Shown in pieces: positions 1 through 13,546 of a DNA stretch of 64,000 nt. The translations under genes were made by a program, and so were the position numbers. The first letter of the stretch is position 1. Every line of letters begins with the position of its first letter. The DNA comes from Tubiluchus corallicola. Taxonomy: Eukaryota > Animalia > Priapulida. The notes under the pieces were generated by a model. The model was not told the DNA's origin. It worked only from the letters and a program-made list of their open reading frames with translations, and searched no databases. The stretch lies in contig JAQGDQ010000294.1 in NCBI GenBank assembly GCA_030141605.1, positions 227,938 to 291,937 of the forward strand, read 5' to 3'.

Positions 1-304
1 CGCATTCGTGATCAGCAGTTCAATTGTCAGTTTTAATCATTCTTTACTAAGTTAAGACTAGATATTTGAAATGGTATTATCGAGAAAGCCTCCAAGACAT
101 TATTAAATTACATGCATGGCACATACCAAGTAATAAGCGTTTGATGATAATAATTTATTCGGTTTATTGTGAAACAAGATATGCGATGAAAAGAACGCGA
201 TAGGTAGAGCATGAAGCTATTGGCAAATTCATAATTACATAAACTTGCGAGTTCTAAATAAAATACGTAAAGAATTGCTGCAAATATCCACGAGTTCAAA
301 TCAC

Positions 305-1114
305 CAGTGGCGTATCTAGAGCCAGTGGTGCCCGGTGCGGCACTTGAGTTTGGCGCCCCTCTCATAGAAATGTTTATGTAGGAAAATTTTACTTTTGCAA
401 AATTCAGTACTTCTGCATTGCAGTAAGCTGCAGATATAAATTTATGAAATAATAAAGTAGTGCTTAAAAATCGGTTTGTGAAGAAATAAATTCACCATGT
501 AAGTTTCAAAACTGCTCAAAGACTTCTCAAAATTTATGTTGACCCAGAAAAGAGAGGCATAATGATAGTTGAAGTCCATTCTGAAATGATTGCTAAGACG
601 TCGCTGTACTTAACGAGAAATTTGCTGCAGCTGGTTGAAGCAAAGTAAAAGTATACTATCGTCAAAATGTTACAAAGATAAAGTTGAGATTAGTATTCGT
701 AATTTAAGTTTATAGATCCACAAGTAATTTTGCCAAACCAAGATATTTTAATTCAAATGCTGACGCAGATATTCAAAAACTTTTAAGTTACGTTGCAATG
801 ACATCAGTGTGATAGAAACCAAACGCCAGGGGCAAGGACATCTTTAAAAAACGAGCGAAATTTTATGCAAATAATGTGTGATAGGCTTGCAACTACAAGG
901 GTGATTGAATGTATTCCTACGGTTAATTCAAAACGTGTACCGCGATGACAAACTATGTTACAACTATACTAATTATTATCATCTTCGCAAGCATTTCCGT
1001 GAAAAATGAAATTGTCGCGTGTTTTGCATTTCTATTGTTCTGACAGAATCAACTTTTTCATTGCCTTGATCAAAATCTGGGCGGACCTACGCCCTCCCCC
1101 CGGCTACCCCACTG
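305..1114. mobile_element. Degenerate hAT-type non-autonomous element
   Basis: Terminal inverted ends cagtggcgta...taccccactg with GC-rich subterminal sequence. No clear TSD. Confidence 0.45.
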
Positions 1115-2312
1115 CATGTCAAATATTGTGGACATTCGGGTGGTTATTAATGAACCGAATTCGTTGGATTCTGTATACTATACGATTTTATGAAGTACGA
1201 TATTGTTGTATAATAAGTGTGAATAATTTTTGTAACTAATTATGTTTTCTATAATGATGGCTACGTAATTTACTAGATTTACAATGATCCACGGATGCTT
1301 GGAGAATCAATTAACTGGGACATCTGCGGTAAATTATACTAACAGCGTCAAAAGTTCATGAAATTATAGAGCACGAAAGCGTTATGATTGCAAAAACAAA
1401 AGCGACGCAGCTCCCATTGTTTGACTGCGTGTCCAGTTGGCAGCAAACGGGATTAAATCCTCTTTGGCATCACAAAATTTTATACGAAAATTATTGTGCG
1501 AAAAGTTTTTAAAAGATTTTCTTCATCAAGAAAACAAGAGCAACAGGAAATCTAGTGACAAGTTGTTTAAAATTCTTGAAGCATCTCAGAACAGTTAGGC
1601 CAAGCTTAGGTAACACAGATAATAGATGCTCACACGCGCACCTTAGCTCGACAATAATCATGTAATTTGATTGAATTCAATGTTAACCTTGGTTTATAAA
1701 TTAGGCTACAAGCGGGGTAGAATTTTACGGCTCATTCTTCACGGGCGAGGGATCCTGTCATTGTAAAAGAGCGCAGTGCTTACGACTGTCAGTTCAGTGT
1801 TTAGTTTAGTATTATGTTGTGCGCGTAGAAATGCAGTCGTGTGATGGTGGACCTAGAAGACCTTGTTGTCGACTGTCATACATTAATTACATGACCATGC
1901 AATCATGAACCGTGCATGGGTTAGTAATAAATACAGAGTGTCTCGTCCGGTATGTATACTGAGAGTTTAATCTATATTTATTGCATCTACATTTTCTTTG
2001 TCTACATCTTTAAAAGAACTTTTCATCATCGCATCGTTGCCACCATAGGTTTTGTTATCCTAAAAAGGCCTCTTATAAATGACAGTTCGAATAAAAACGA
2101 ATTCGCTAAAAATGTAGGTAAGTCTTTTCACACTGCAAGTCATTTTCAGAAATGAGGTTTTATTTTTAGCTTAGTTAAGAAACTTCTTATCGAAACACCC
2201 AAGGAGACGTTAAGGCCTCCAAGAGGCATTTCAGTCATCCTATAAAGTTCAAGAACTAAGTATAAATACGCTTAGGACAAAAAGCATTCTTTATCTCGGA
2301 TAAGGTCGGATA

Positions 2313-2455
<143 letters not shown>

Positions 2456-3193
2456 TAACACATGTTATATATGTTAATATATGTTAGATATATATATGTT
2501 AATATTTCTATACAATTCAATACAAGACGTATTAATATTAATAACACAATTCATATTTTCACCTTTGAATTTTTTTATAATATCTGAATTATACTATTAT
2601 TAAATACTAAAAGAAAATTTGAATTGTACAATTATCTGCGATACTCTTTCGACAGCCGTCGTGCATAGAATCACAAAATTAATATCTTATTAATAGCTCA
2701 AGAAACATCGGTAAAACTAGACACAAAACGCGACAGTGGGTCACCGTCCCTAATAATTTTCCGTGAACTAGTCGCTAGTTTTGATTTTTGATTATAAAAC
2801 GATAAAACAGTCATAGTTTGAAGTTACAACGATCTACTATCATAAATTAGCAAACGTTCAATGAAATTCCAAGACCTGCCTTGCGGCTAAATGACCTTAT
2901 TGTGCTACTTTAGCAATTCTAAGAAGGCCATAAAGTGTTAATGTACATTGGATAATACTTGTTTACGTTTTGGTTTGCATATAAAAGGTGAAATAAGTGC
3001 ACATTTCAAATTTAATAAGTTTCACTGAATCAATCTGACAGAATTCGCTCTCTGACTCTCTGTGTTATTGACTGTATCAAGCTTTGCCTACCTAGAAAAC
3101 AACATCCCTTTGTTAGTCTTGTTGTTCAATTGTTGGGCCGCTTGTTTATGAAATCAGTGCTAAAATTCGACTACGACTTATTAACATGTTAAT

Positions 3194-3520
3194 TAAAGGC
3201 ACCTTCCCATATGTATAACTTACAGGTATCCTGCTTTGATTCACTAAGCCACCTGCCCAAAAATCGTTATGAAAACACCCAAACTATTAACGCACAAGAA
3301 AAGCCTCCATTTACATAAGGCTAAAAACATTCGTCTTGTAATTTTGTACCACTTACGTACTGCCTTTTTGCTTATAGGACTTGCGTCGGCAATAACCCTG
3401 TATAAAACATGGAAATTTAATCTCCCGCGATGACCGTTAGACGAAGCCATTTTGACGATAAATCATTTGAAACAAGTTTAGATAACATTGTGTAGTTTGA
3501 AAAAATAATCTGAGCATTTA
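3194..3520 (+). mobile_element. Partial copy of Kolobok-like MITE family A
   Basis: Internal sequence (gtcttg..attttgtaccacttacgtactgcc...gccattttgacgataaatcatttgaaacaagtttagataacattgtg) is shared with the copies at 5653, 18684 and 60753. Confidence 0.7.
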
Positions 3521-4506
3521 TCTGTTAAGGCATTTCTTTTGGTTGTGTCCACTAGGTGGCATTCAAACAATAAGTGATATGGAGTTTCTCAACCATTCAT
3601 ACATTCGCATATATCAGTATCTGCATATCCAATACGTTCTTTGAAACTACCTTGTCCAGCGAAAAAACTAAACGCAAATCTTTCTATTTTTCTTTTTCTT
3701 AGATTGATGGGCAACTTCAGTTGGTATGGTTCAATTATATTTGGATAAAACACGCATTTTTCCATCTAAATACGTTTTTCATTACTGCTGATTCGAACAT
3801 GTATTCGAAAATCTTTAAAATTGAATTTAATTCGGGTACGAAATTTGGCTTGATTCGAGTTCCAAAGTCACAAATTCGATTCGAATTCGTTTTCTGGTAG
3901 AAAATGCTCGTAACTGTCCCAAACATCGTTTTCCAAACTGTGTGGGAATAAATGTTGTCTGGAAGGCTGCACTTCTACTTTGTGCCAAGAAAAATTAGCC
4001 ATTCCAGTTATACGTTTCCGGTCATGATCAAAGCTACATAGTGTGAATAACTGAGAAAAAACGGCAAGGCAAAATTAGGCTTTTACACAAGAATAAATGC
4101 AATTCTCACCTACCAGAAACTACTGAGGAATTATAGGAAGGTTTTCACGTTAATATAGCTAGGCCTAGGCAGAGAATGTGAAAATTGGTTTTAGCTAAAA
4201 TCAGCTAAAAACTCCGCCGTAAGGCAACACTGGGTGAAAAACAAAAATGGGCAATTCATGACTCAATAACTGCCGACAGAGCTAGCTTATTAGTTCAAGG
4301 TCGTCATCTTCCGGCGGGTTCTCAACTCGTGTGGGAGGTGCTTGGAAAAACAGCTGCACGGTAGGCATTGTACAGCAGGGAGGCAGGAAATTGAGGGAGG
4401 AGTTGCATGTGTGACTGTATTACAATAAATTCTTAATATGACAGTTCATAATTGTCTAAGAACTCTACTTGCTTATTTATAGTGCACAATACAATATGAA
4501 TTCATA

Positions 4507-4801
4507 CACCGCCGGCTCTAGGTATTGTTTGCATCCTAGGCAGAAGTGCTTTAGCCCCCCCCCCCAAATGGTCACCTCCTTTACCCCACGTTCCCCAGCC
4601 CAACTCAAAATTGAATTTTTGTTGTATATAATAAAGTATAATGGAACCTGTGCATTAACTACCGCTTCTGTCACAAGGCTTTGATTCTTATAGGTTCTTC
4701 TGCCATAATTAGATAAAGCAAAACTAGAAAGTGTTTAAATCCGAGTTAACGTCAGTCTATGTATGAAGTCTATATCATCAGTCTAAATATCACCATCGTT
4801 G

Positions 4802-4853
<52 letters not shown>

Positions 4854-5262
4854 TAACATCGTCATTATCATCTTCTTGCGTCTGTTTGCTTCGCTCCATT
4901 TAACGTATTTTTTGTTGTTTACGTCATTAATTAAGTCTTATCCATGTTGAGTGTAGCGTAGCACATAAGTTAATTTCTTCTGCTACGCTCATAGCACTGC
5001 AATGCATTGTTAATTTGTTGTGCTAAATGGATAAATAAATAAATCTAAAAATGTTGCTAGGCGTCGATGAACCAAACATTTTGACAGAAAACTAACGTGC
5101 AGTAGTAGTTCAGTTCATATAATGAAAGTGTTATACATTTATTATGAATTACACGTACAATATGTTATTACTTATGCTAAACTTAAAAATAAAAAAAAAT
5201 TACTCCCAGAATTTGGCACCCTAGGCAACTGGCTAGTTTGACTAGTGGAAGGACCGGTACTG
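4507..5262. mobile_element. hAT-type MITE with 8-bp TSD, containing a (CAT)n tract and a LINE-like 3' tail
   Basis: Exact 8-bp direct repeat aattcata at 4499-4506 and 5263-5270. Imperfect TIRs caccgccggc / accggtactg. Confidence 0.8.
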
Positions 5263-5651
5263 AATTCATACACTGACTGCTTCATTTTCAGAAGCCACAG
5301 CGCAGTTCGGAAACGACTTATTTATATAATTTTAAATAAAAAATCAAAATAAGTAAAGAACTAAGCAGTTAATCGGGTAAACAAGCTAAATATTTCTGTT
5401 CTTGTTGCACTCCACGTCAAAAATTGTAATTTTCCACGGATTATCCTGTCTAAAAACGGAAAAATGTGATCGGACAGTAATTAGTGTGTAACAGTAAATG
5501 GGATGTTCAAGTTATTGGTTTTAATTAAACGAAATCTGCTATAGATTAATAAAAATGCATTATTTATTTTGATGCGGCACAATCCATGATTAGCGCGTTT
5601 AATTAGATTTACGTCACTTCCTGTTGAATACCAAAAGTTTTTGTCTGTTGC

Positions 5652-6056
5652 TTAAAGCACAAGAACACCCCTCGTAAATAAACGTCTTGAAATTTTACAT
5701 CATTTACATGCTGCCTTGTTGCATACAGCGCTTGCATTACCAGTAACTTTGTACAAAATTTATAAATTTAAACTCCCGCCATGACTGTTAAGCACAGCCA
5801 TTTTGATGGTAAGTCGTTTGAAGCAAGTTTACCCAACATTGTGTGAAGTTTGGAAAAATAAAAACAGCATTCGTAGCACACTCTTCACAAACTAACCAAA
5901 AGTGCAAATTACTTTATCTTATCAGTTAGATCAATAATGAGTTTTTTGGTTTTTCTTTTCCAATTCCATAAGCTTTTCAAACAGATAAACATAATATAAC
6001 TTTGTAGAGAACATTTTTTGAGATATTTTTTAAAATTCACTTGTCTACCCCCTTAA
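5652..6056 (+). mobile_element. Diverged Kolobok-like MITE family A copy
   Basis: Starts ttaaagcacaagaa and ends ccccttaa. Internal similarity to 18684-19372. Confidence 0.6.
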
Positions 6057-7575
6057 GTTGCACGAAACGAGAATTCTCATATTTTTAACAGAACCTTATC
6101 CTACTTTAATAACAGTAGCGCGTGCCCATACAAATAAGAATAAGATTGAGAAAACAACAGGCGTCATTCCTTTTTAACTAAATCAATTTCGGGGTAATCA
6201 TTTAAAACTCCATGATCAGAGATGTACAGTCTGAATAATAAAAATTAGAATGAGAGCAAAGCTTTCAGTTTTAGCTGAATTAAAACATGTGGGTGATCGA
6301 GTTTTTCTTGGGGTGCAAATAGAATCGCGTACCATTCCAAGCAGCAAATCACCCCATTGAAAGAGCTATCACGTACAAGCTTTAAAAATTTCCCTGACCC
6401 AATTCTTTCTGCATCACATGAGGCAGGGAAACAAAAAGATTTTGCACGCCAATTCAATATTCGGCTGTTCTTCATCCGTGTATACAGAGGGCGGATCCAG
6501 ATCTAAGCACAAAGATCGACGATGAAGGTGGGCGGTAGTTAGTACTTTGTAGGAAAATCTACAATATTATGATGTATGGCTAATTAACTGAGAACATGTG
6601 AACGTACTGTAAAGAAGTACTTTAATGAAACTGTAATAGTTAAATATGTAGTTGAGGACACGCATTTTAGTGTTATGAGAGGACTTGCATATTGCACGGG
6701 TTTTTGGCACCATCGGGGTAGAACTGCCACCTATGCTAACAATAAGATTTCATCGCACCAAAGGTATAATTATGACGCGTTTAAGTTTTTTGCTGTAATG
6801 CGGTACTTAGTGAAAGTGAAATTTCACTAGTGAAGGTAGTAATAATAGCCACGCGTGATTACGGTAATCCTTTGCGACGTGGTCTGTGAACGTACGTGTC
6901 CTACTTGTGAATTAATCTAGCTAAGTGCAGTTCTTAAACCAACAGCATTTGAGCACATCGAAATTTATTACACCAAGTTTAAGTTGCTTATAACATCAAT
7001 AAAACTGGCGTCATGGTCAAGTTTTAATTGTATTTGCAACACTTGAACTTAAACCCATGATACTTGATAGGAATAATTAAATCATTATTATCTTAGTACT
7101 GACTGTTAATTATTTTTTACGGTTATTAGCGGCTCAAAGTTCAAGCTCAAACTACTAAGGCATTTTTACTATTTGTTTATAGACCAGTGGTTCCTAACCT
7201 TTTACTAACCGAACTGCCGTGTACCCCTTAACATGTTTTAGCAATATGAGCTTCACGAATTCAAATCAAAATTAAAAATACATACACTAAATCGTTTTGA
7301 AAACCCTACATACGTTAATCATAATATATATACCCATCCGAAAATTTTATTTAGCCACGTCCATTTTAAATTGTATGTATATATTGTATATAGTCTACAC
7401 TATAATTTGCGTGTAACATTGTAATATATATTCTCTTTTAAATTTTTGGCACAGTAGTTTCTAGTTTGCACTGGACGCATTTGCCTTCAACAGCTGTGTG
7501 AATTTCTATTCTCAAGCTGCGATGTTCTTTTATGCTTTTATAGTTATGAATATCGATTTTTAATGGCAAATAGAG

Positions 7576-7659
<84 letters not shown>

Positions 7660-8489
7660 CATTTTTACTACTATGATTTAACTATACAAGCGTGATTTAA
7701 TCATACAAGCAAAACCGATAAACGAAACACCAAATTCAAGAACAAAATGCAAGAAAAAAAAAGCAATCTGATGTCAATTCAGAAGACGAACTTGCAGTCG
7801 AACTGTGAAGTAGCTTCAATGGCCGCCTCGTTGACGCTGCTTTTCTGAAAACCGCCAAACTCGGCTACCCGTCCGTCAACGCATTTGCAGTGCCAAACGT
7901 CCATTTTACATAATAAATTAATCCCGTTATAATGCCAGGCAATGCTCAGTGAAACCCGAAAAAAGCTATTGTGTTGCAAAAGCAATGACCTTTTAAAATC
8001 ATGATGTTTAAGGGTTTTAATCTAGTAGCACACTCTTTCCTCCCACCACGAGACTGTTGCTCCCGTAAATTTCGTATTCGGTACTTGTACGCTGTAGGGA
8101 AAAAAGAACATGGTGACGTGTTACACGACACAACTTTTGCGTACCTCTAGCTTGGCTGCTTCGTACCCTCAAGCGGTACTCGTACATCAGGTTAGGAACT
8201 ACTGTTATAGATTTTACTGACATTTTGTCGTCATACATTAAACGATAACGATGCCTTACATGTTCCGTGTGTGTGTGTGTGTGCGCGCGCGCGCGCGCGT
8301 GTGGATGTGTGTGGGTGTGTGCATAGGTGCGTGCGTGCAAAAACCCTTAACGGAAACCGAAGTAAAATTAGTTATCCAGAAATTGTAATCAGAATTTTTT
8401 ATTATCATTTAGTAATTTAGCTACAATGACTTACTAAGAGATTTTAATTAAAAAAATTGTAATAAGCGATTTTTGTGTAGAACAGTTAA

Positions 8490-8678
8490 ACGGCATTTAG
8501 CAGATGTCCGGAATGCGTTATTGCGTACACAGCTGCGTTTAAACAATCTAATACGAATAGGTACAGGAAAAATAATAATAACGCAAAAACGTAGGTCTGA
8601 TAAACGAGTGCATTAAAAATTATATAAAGTAGTTTTTACGCGTGAACGCACGCATTGCGGACGTCTGGTAAACGCCAC
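8490..8678. mobile_element. Short inverted-repeat element (possibly PIF/Harbinger-like MITE)
   Basis: Imperfect TIRs ggcatttagcagatgtccggaatgcgt ... acgcattgcggacgtctggtaaacgcc. Confidence 0.5.
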
Positions 8679-9981
8679 TTCACCGTCAGTCATCGAGTTG
8701 CGTAAATGAATTAATCGTAACTAGTGTAAACTGTTAGAAATTCTGTAATGTCAGCAAGTAAATAGCACGAGTATATGTGTTATGCATAGATTCATGCAAC
8801 CTAGTTAGTTAAAATATTATTAGTCAATGAGTGCTCGCAAAACCATGTACCACACATCATAGTCCTATGCATGAAAATGTGAAGTCGTGTCATAGTTGTT
8901 TAATCAAACTTGAGAAACTGTTGGTTATGATGGGTTCAGTCTCGTTTTCTAATGTAAAGTTCACATTCTCGTTTAGCTCAGGATATTTACGATGAGGATT
9001 CAAAAGCAACTGAATTCGTCGGACACAAGTTCCGATTTGGTGTCACCTTTAAGCAAAGTTGCTTACACAATTATTGGTTTTGCTTCCACAAATCCCTGTT
9101 TCGTCTATGAGAAAACAGGCGACTTGTGACAGCTAGTCGATAGTGCGCTAATGTCCAGCAGCCAGACTGCTTTAAAAAAGAAATTCCAGCTTAAAAACCT
9201 GTGCCATTATGTATGTAAAAAATATGGCTATAAAATTCATTATACCTTTATTTCTAGCTCCCTCACTCTTGTGGAATGTTCGGCTACTTACAGATACATA
9301 TTCGATTTTATTCGCACATATTACATATGATAACAGTGAAATTGAAGCTGAGATAAAGCTAATTAAGTGTCACATCACAGCTTAATTGCTTCTTGTGTCT
9401 GACGTCGCAGATACGGATGTTTAGTTATAAAGAATTAGAATTATTGCTCAACTATGCCATGACAGTTTAAACGTCTTCTACTACAGACGACTCGGTTTTT
9501 CCTTCGTTTGTGTAAGTATGATGTACGTGTAATGTAATTATAATTTATTACACCGTGTGTTTGAATAATTGTATTATTGTATAATTGTTTACATATGTTT
9601 GTAATATTGGTTACATATATGTTTGTAACCTTGTTGTTATCACCCATCATTTGCACCAGAATTTTTGTACTATATGTTATTTTCTATGTTCACACTGTAT
9701 TCATTTACTAATATGTACTGTACCATTCGACTACATAATAAATAATAAATTAATTTGTCTTGTTGCATCATCTCACATAACAGTCACACTTCGTTATAAT
9801 GCCAAATTCATTTAAAGCCCAACTTTTTTGCAATCCCAATGTAGACATAAAGAGAGGATTATGATGCCCTGTTATGATAACGACGAAGAGGGTATGAGGA
9901 CAAAAAATTGCAGGGCTTCAATCTATTACGTATGCAAATGGAACTAAACTCAGTTAATATTGTTCTTTTCAGGAGAAGTTA

Positions 9982-11487
9982 ATGAGTCCTGGCTGCTTGC
10001 TTTATGGAATTCTTCTGCTCTTTATCATTCTGACTCTGTCACTGTATTTGATCATTCACAGAACAACAGTGTGCACCCACAACACATACAGGGGATATGT
10101 CGTCTTCTCTGCAGAAACCTTCTACGAAGGCGTTGCACCACCGGCAGCTGTTGACAACGAAGAGGCGCAGACAAAATGCAGAACTAAAAAGCCCGGTCCA
10201 GAAGAATTGCTCATCAACAACACTTACTGGCAGATGGATGAGAGTGAGACAAACTTCTTCTTCAGTGCTTATTGGGATGGCAGAGAGATCAGTGTAGGTG
10301 GAGGAAAAGTATACCATGACAAGGCTAATATTATAAGAGTATTTGGCATGAGAGATGTTACACAGGGCAAGCCTAATTTGTTTTGTTATCTTTGGTATGG
10401 TGACCACGTTACGGTAGCCAATGTGAATGAAGAAATTATATGGTTTAATAAGCCAGATTTGATAGACATAGCAAATAAGCGATCACAATACCACCCATAT
10501 CTCTATAACTGTCCAGTGAAAACTGGTGAGATTCCAGACTACATCTCGTTGTCGACATCTTGGTGCAAAGTTCCCACAAACTTACTGGAAGTAAAATCCA
10601 GAAATTACACACAGCCCCGGAGAGATTTTGCTATATGTGTGAAAGGCCTGAATTATGAAGATGATGTCTCCGTAAAATTGATCGAATGGATCGAGATCAA
10701 TAGAATATTAGGCGCAAAGAAAATTTTCTTCTACAAGTACAGCATCAACCCAGCTGTCCAAAAGCTTTTAGAGTATTATACCGACCAAGGAGTAGTTGAA
10801 GTACACAAGTCAACACTTCCGGGACACCAGCCAAACAGTCCCAATAATCGGACAAGATTTCTCAAAGTAAAGCAGTCGCAGAAGCGGCTAGATGAAGTAC
10901 TCATGTATAATGACTGTTTCTATAATCACATGAAAGAATACAACTATATCATTCCACTAGACATTGATGAAGTTTTAGTGCCAACAAAGCACAGGACTTG
11001 GCAAGAAATGCTTCCTTGGGTGATCAAAACTAATGTATACAAGGATCCTAACTCAAAAAATAACACCATTGTAAAAAGATGCGGATCATACGAATTCAGG
11101 AATGTTTTCTTTTTGCAACAAATAAATACAGAACCTATTGACACTGTTCCAAAGTATCTAACAACACTTCAGTATATAAAAAGAGTCAACGAAACCTCAA
11201 TATTAGGATTCAACATGAAAGGATTCTTTAACACAGACTATGTGATTCTAGTCCACAATCACACACCCTTTAAGGTATTCTCCTATGTATGGAGCTGGTG
11301 CAGTGTTCAAGAACGCCAAGGGTTGTTACATCATTACCGTGACAAGTGCCCTACTGATGACTACACTCATCGCTGCAAAAATCTCAATGTAACCAAAACA
11401 GACATGACAATGTGGCGATACACCGACGAACTAACACAAAGAACAGAGAAAGCGATGAATGACTTAAGTATTCCAATACCAAAATGA
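9982..11487 (+). CDS. Glycosyltransferase family 92 (DUF23, GALT-1-like beta-galactosyltransferase family), type II membrane protein, 501 aa
   Basis: Uninterrupted 501-aa ORF with an N-terminal TM anchor (LLYGILLLFIILTLSLYLII). GT92-typical motifs: AICVKGL, LIEWIEINRILGAKKIFFY, YNDCFY, DIDE (DxD), HHYR. A splice acceptor (ttgttcttttcag, ending ~9972) just before the ATG implies a non-coding 5' exon. AATAAA follows soon after the stop. Confidence 0.9.
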   Translation: MSPGCLLYGILLLFIILTLSLYLIIHRTTVCTHNTYRGYVVFSAETFYEGVAPPAAVDNEEAQTKCRTKKPGPEELLINNTYWQMDESETNFFFSAYWDGREISVGGGKVYHDKANIIRVFGMRDVTQGKPNLFCYLWYGDHVTVANVNEEIIWFNKPDLIDIANKRSQYHPYLYNCPVKTGEIPDYISLSTSWCKVPTNLLEVKSRNYTQPRRDFAICVKGLNYEDDVSVKLIEWIEINRILGAKKIFFYKYSINPAVQKLLEYYTDQGVVEVHKSTLPGHQPNSPNNRTRFLKVKQSQKRLDEVLMYNDCFYNHMKEYNYIIPLDIDEVLVPTKHRTWQEMLPWVIKTNVYKDPNSKNNTIVKRCGSYEFRNVFFLQQINTEPIDTVPKYLTTLQYIKRVNETSILGFNMKGFFNTDYVILVHNHTPFKVFSYVWSWCSVQERQGLLHHYRDKCPTDDYTHRCKNLNVTKTDMTMWRYTDELTQRTEKAMNDLSIPIPK

Positions 11488-11733
11488 GAAGAATAAAGAT
11501 TAGCAATCATATTCATTCCTGCATGGGTCATGGTTTTCTGCCTTGATCTTCTACATACTCAGAATGAGAAGAACAAATATCAAAGAAATTCGTGTATTGG
11601 TGCATGCAGTATTTCAAGCATTGGATATCTGCAAGAAACAATAAAGGGCACGTGGCTGCATAGCTCCAGCGTGTTAAATTCAAGTCTTCAGCTGAAACAT
11701 TTTTCACAAAGATTGAGAAGTCACAAACAGTCA

Positions 11734-11918
11734 GCCAGATAAAGCAGATCAAACCATCTCTAAGCTACAAACAAGTGATATGCCAGATAAAGCAGATCAA
11801 ACCATCTCTAAGCTACAAACAAGTGATATGCCAGATAAAGCAGATTAAACCGTCTCTAAGCTACAAACAAGTGATATGCCAGAAAAAGCAGATCAAACCA
11901 TCTCTAAGCTACAAACAA
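11734..11918. repeat. 48-bp tandem repeat, about 4 copies
   Basis: Unit gccagataaagcagatcaaaccatctctaagctacaaacaagtgatat starts at 11734, 11782, 11830 and 11878. Confidence 0.95.
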
Positions 11919-12416
11919 AATGAACTGATGATTAGAAACTGCTAAGGAAGGACATATTTTTCGTTTTTCAAAATACCATGAAAGACAAATTTTGCGAGTG
12001 CATGGAAAGTAGAATGCACAAAAACATTTCAGTATTATAGGATGACATTTAAAGTTCATGTGCAGTACTTTTACGGTGCTATAATATAATGCGCTTTTAA
12101 TCTTTCATTGTACAAGTCAATGTTTGCTAGCTAGTGACAATGACATAGCCTGATAATTGCAAAAGCTATTATCAACTTTGCAACTGACGCTAGTTAATAC
12201 ATGCTGGGCTGTAATATTGCAACATTTTATTCTTACTGAAACCATGGCTTCAACTGTGATAAGGTGAAAACGCTGCTGTGATAACTGCATAGGTGTAAAA
12301 ATCTCCAAGAAAAATGCAAAAAGTGTCTACGAAGATTTTTGGAGCATTGCTTTTATGAAATGTGCAAAATCCGCATGGCTTACTTCTTACAAAGTGTTTT
12401 TACATAGAAGATTAAT

Positions 12417-12918
12417 CATGCGTAGACAGTCTAGACACACGTTGCTGATGTGAAGACAGTCTAGACACACATTGCTGATGCGTAGACAGTCTAGACACAT
12501 GTTGCTGATGTGTAGACAGTCTAGACACAAGTTGCTGATGCGTAGACAGTCTAGACACACGTTGCTGATGTGCAGACAGTCTAGACACACGTTGCTGATG
12601 CGTAGACAGTCTAGACACACGTTGCTGATGCGTAGCCAGTCTAGACATACGTTGCTGATGCATAGATGTCTAGACACGTTGCTGATGTGTAGACAGTCTA
12701 CACACATGTTGCTGATGCATAGACAGTCTAGACACACGTTGCTGATGCCGAGACAGTCTAGACACACGTTGCTGATGCATAGACAGTCTAGACACACTTT
12801 GCTGATGCGAAGACAGTCTAGATACACGTTGCTGATGCGTAGACAGTCTAGATAGACGTTGCTGATGCGTAGACAGTCTAGACACACGTTGCTGGTGCAT
12901 ATACAGTCTAGATACACA
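12417..12918. repeat. 30-bp minisatellite, about 17 copies
   Basis: Unit gtagacagtctagacacacgttgctgatgc. It explains the spurious periodic ORFs at 12387-12942. Confidence 0.95.
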
Positions 12919-13546
12919 TTGGTGATAATTTTTGTTTTGCATTAGTTATTAAAATGAACTTAGTGTCTTAGTAATTTTTTATAACAAACTGTAAGCTGCT
13001 TCATTAAGCAATGTTTTTAATTGACTTCAGGCATTTTATAATAGTAGTTCAAGGAGAAAATATTTAATGCTGCTTATTTGTGAAGAAACGTAGAGAACAT
13101 TAAATATTTTAATATAACAATGATTATAAACATTTATTTGTTTACGTTTGGCATTAACACATCACTTTCCAACAACTGTCAACTGATTTTCAAGATTATG
13201 GTAATTAACAAGCTATTGTCAGATAATTGCTAAAACATTTTTAACATGAGATTTTGTATCCAGTAGTGGGCATGGATTTGCATAATTTATGCAGTGCATG
13301 TATTTTTCTCCTACTTCTTTCTGTTATTAGATTTTATTTATAACTCTGCTTAGTCAAATGGCATGCAGTTGTGTATGCGATAAAACATTGGAGACATAAG
13401 CCAGCTGCTTTAAACATTTTGTAACGAACACTAGTAATAAAGATGTAATTAAACACATTCATTTTTCACAACACCAATGATAATAGTGTTGTGTTCAATT
13501 CAACTATGTTACGTCGATTGATCAGTACTTAACGTAGGCTGAGTAA

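Noticed and set aside
12387-12942. Periodic Cys-rich ORFs (176, 127, 90 and 83 aa)
   Set aside because: They are translations of the 30-bp minisatellite in several frames on both strands, with no unique coding flanks.
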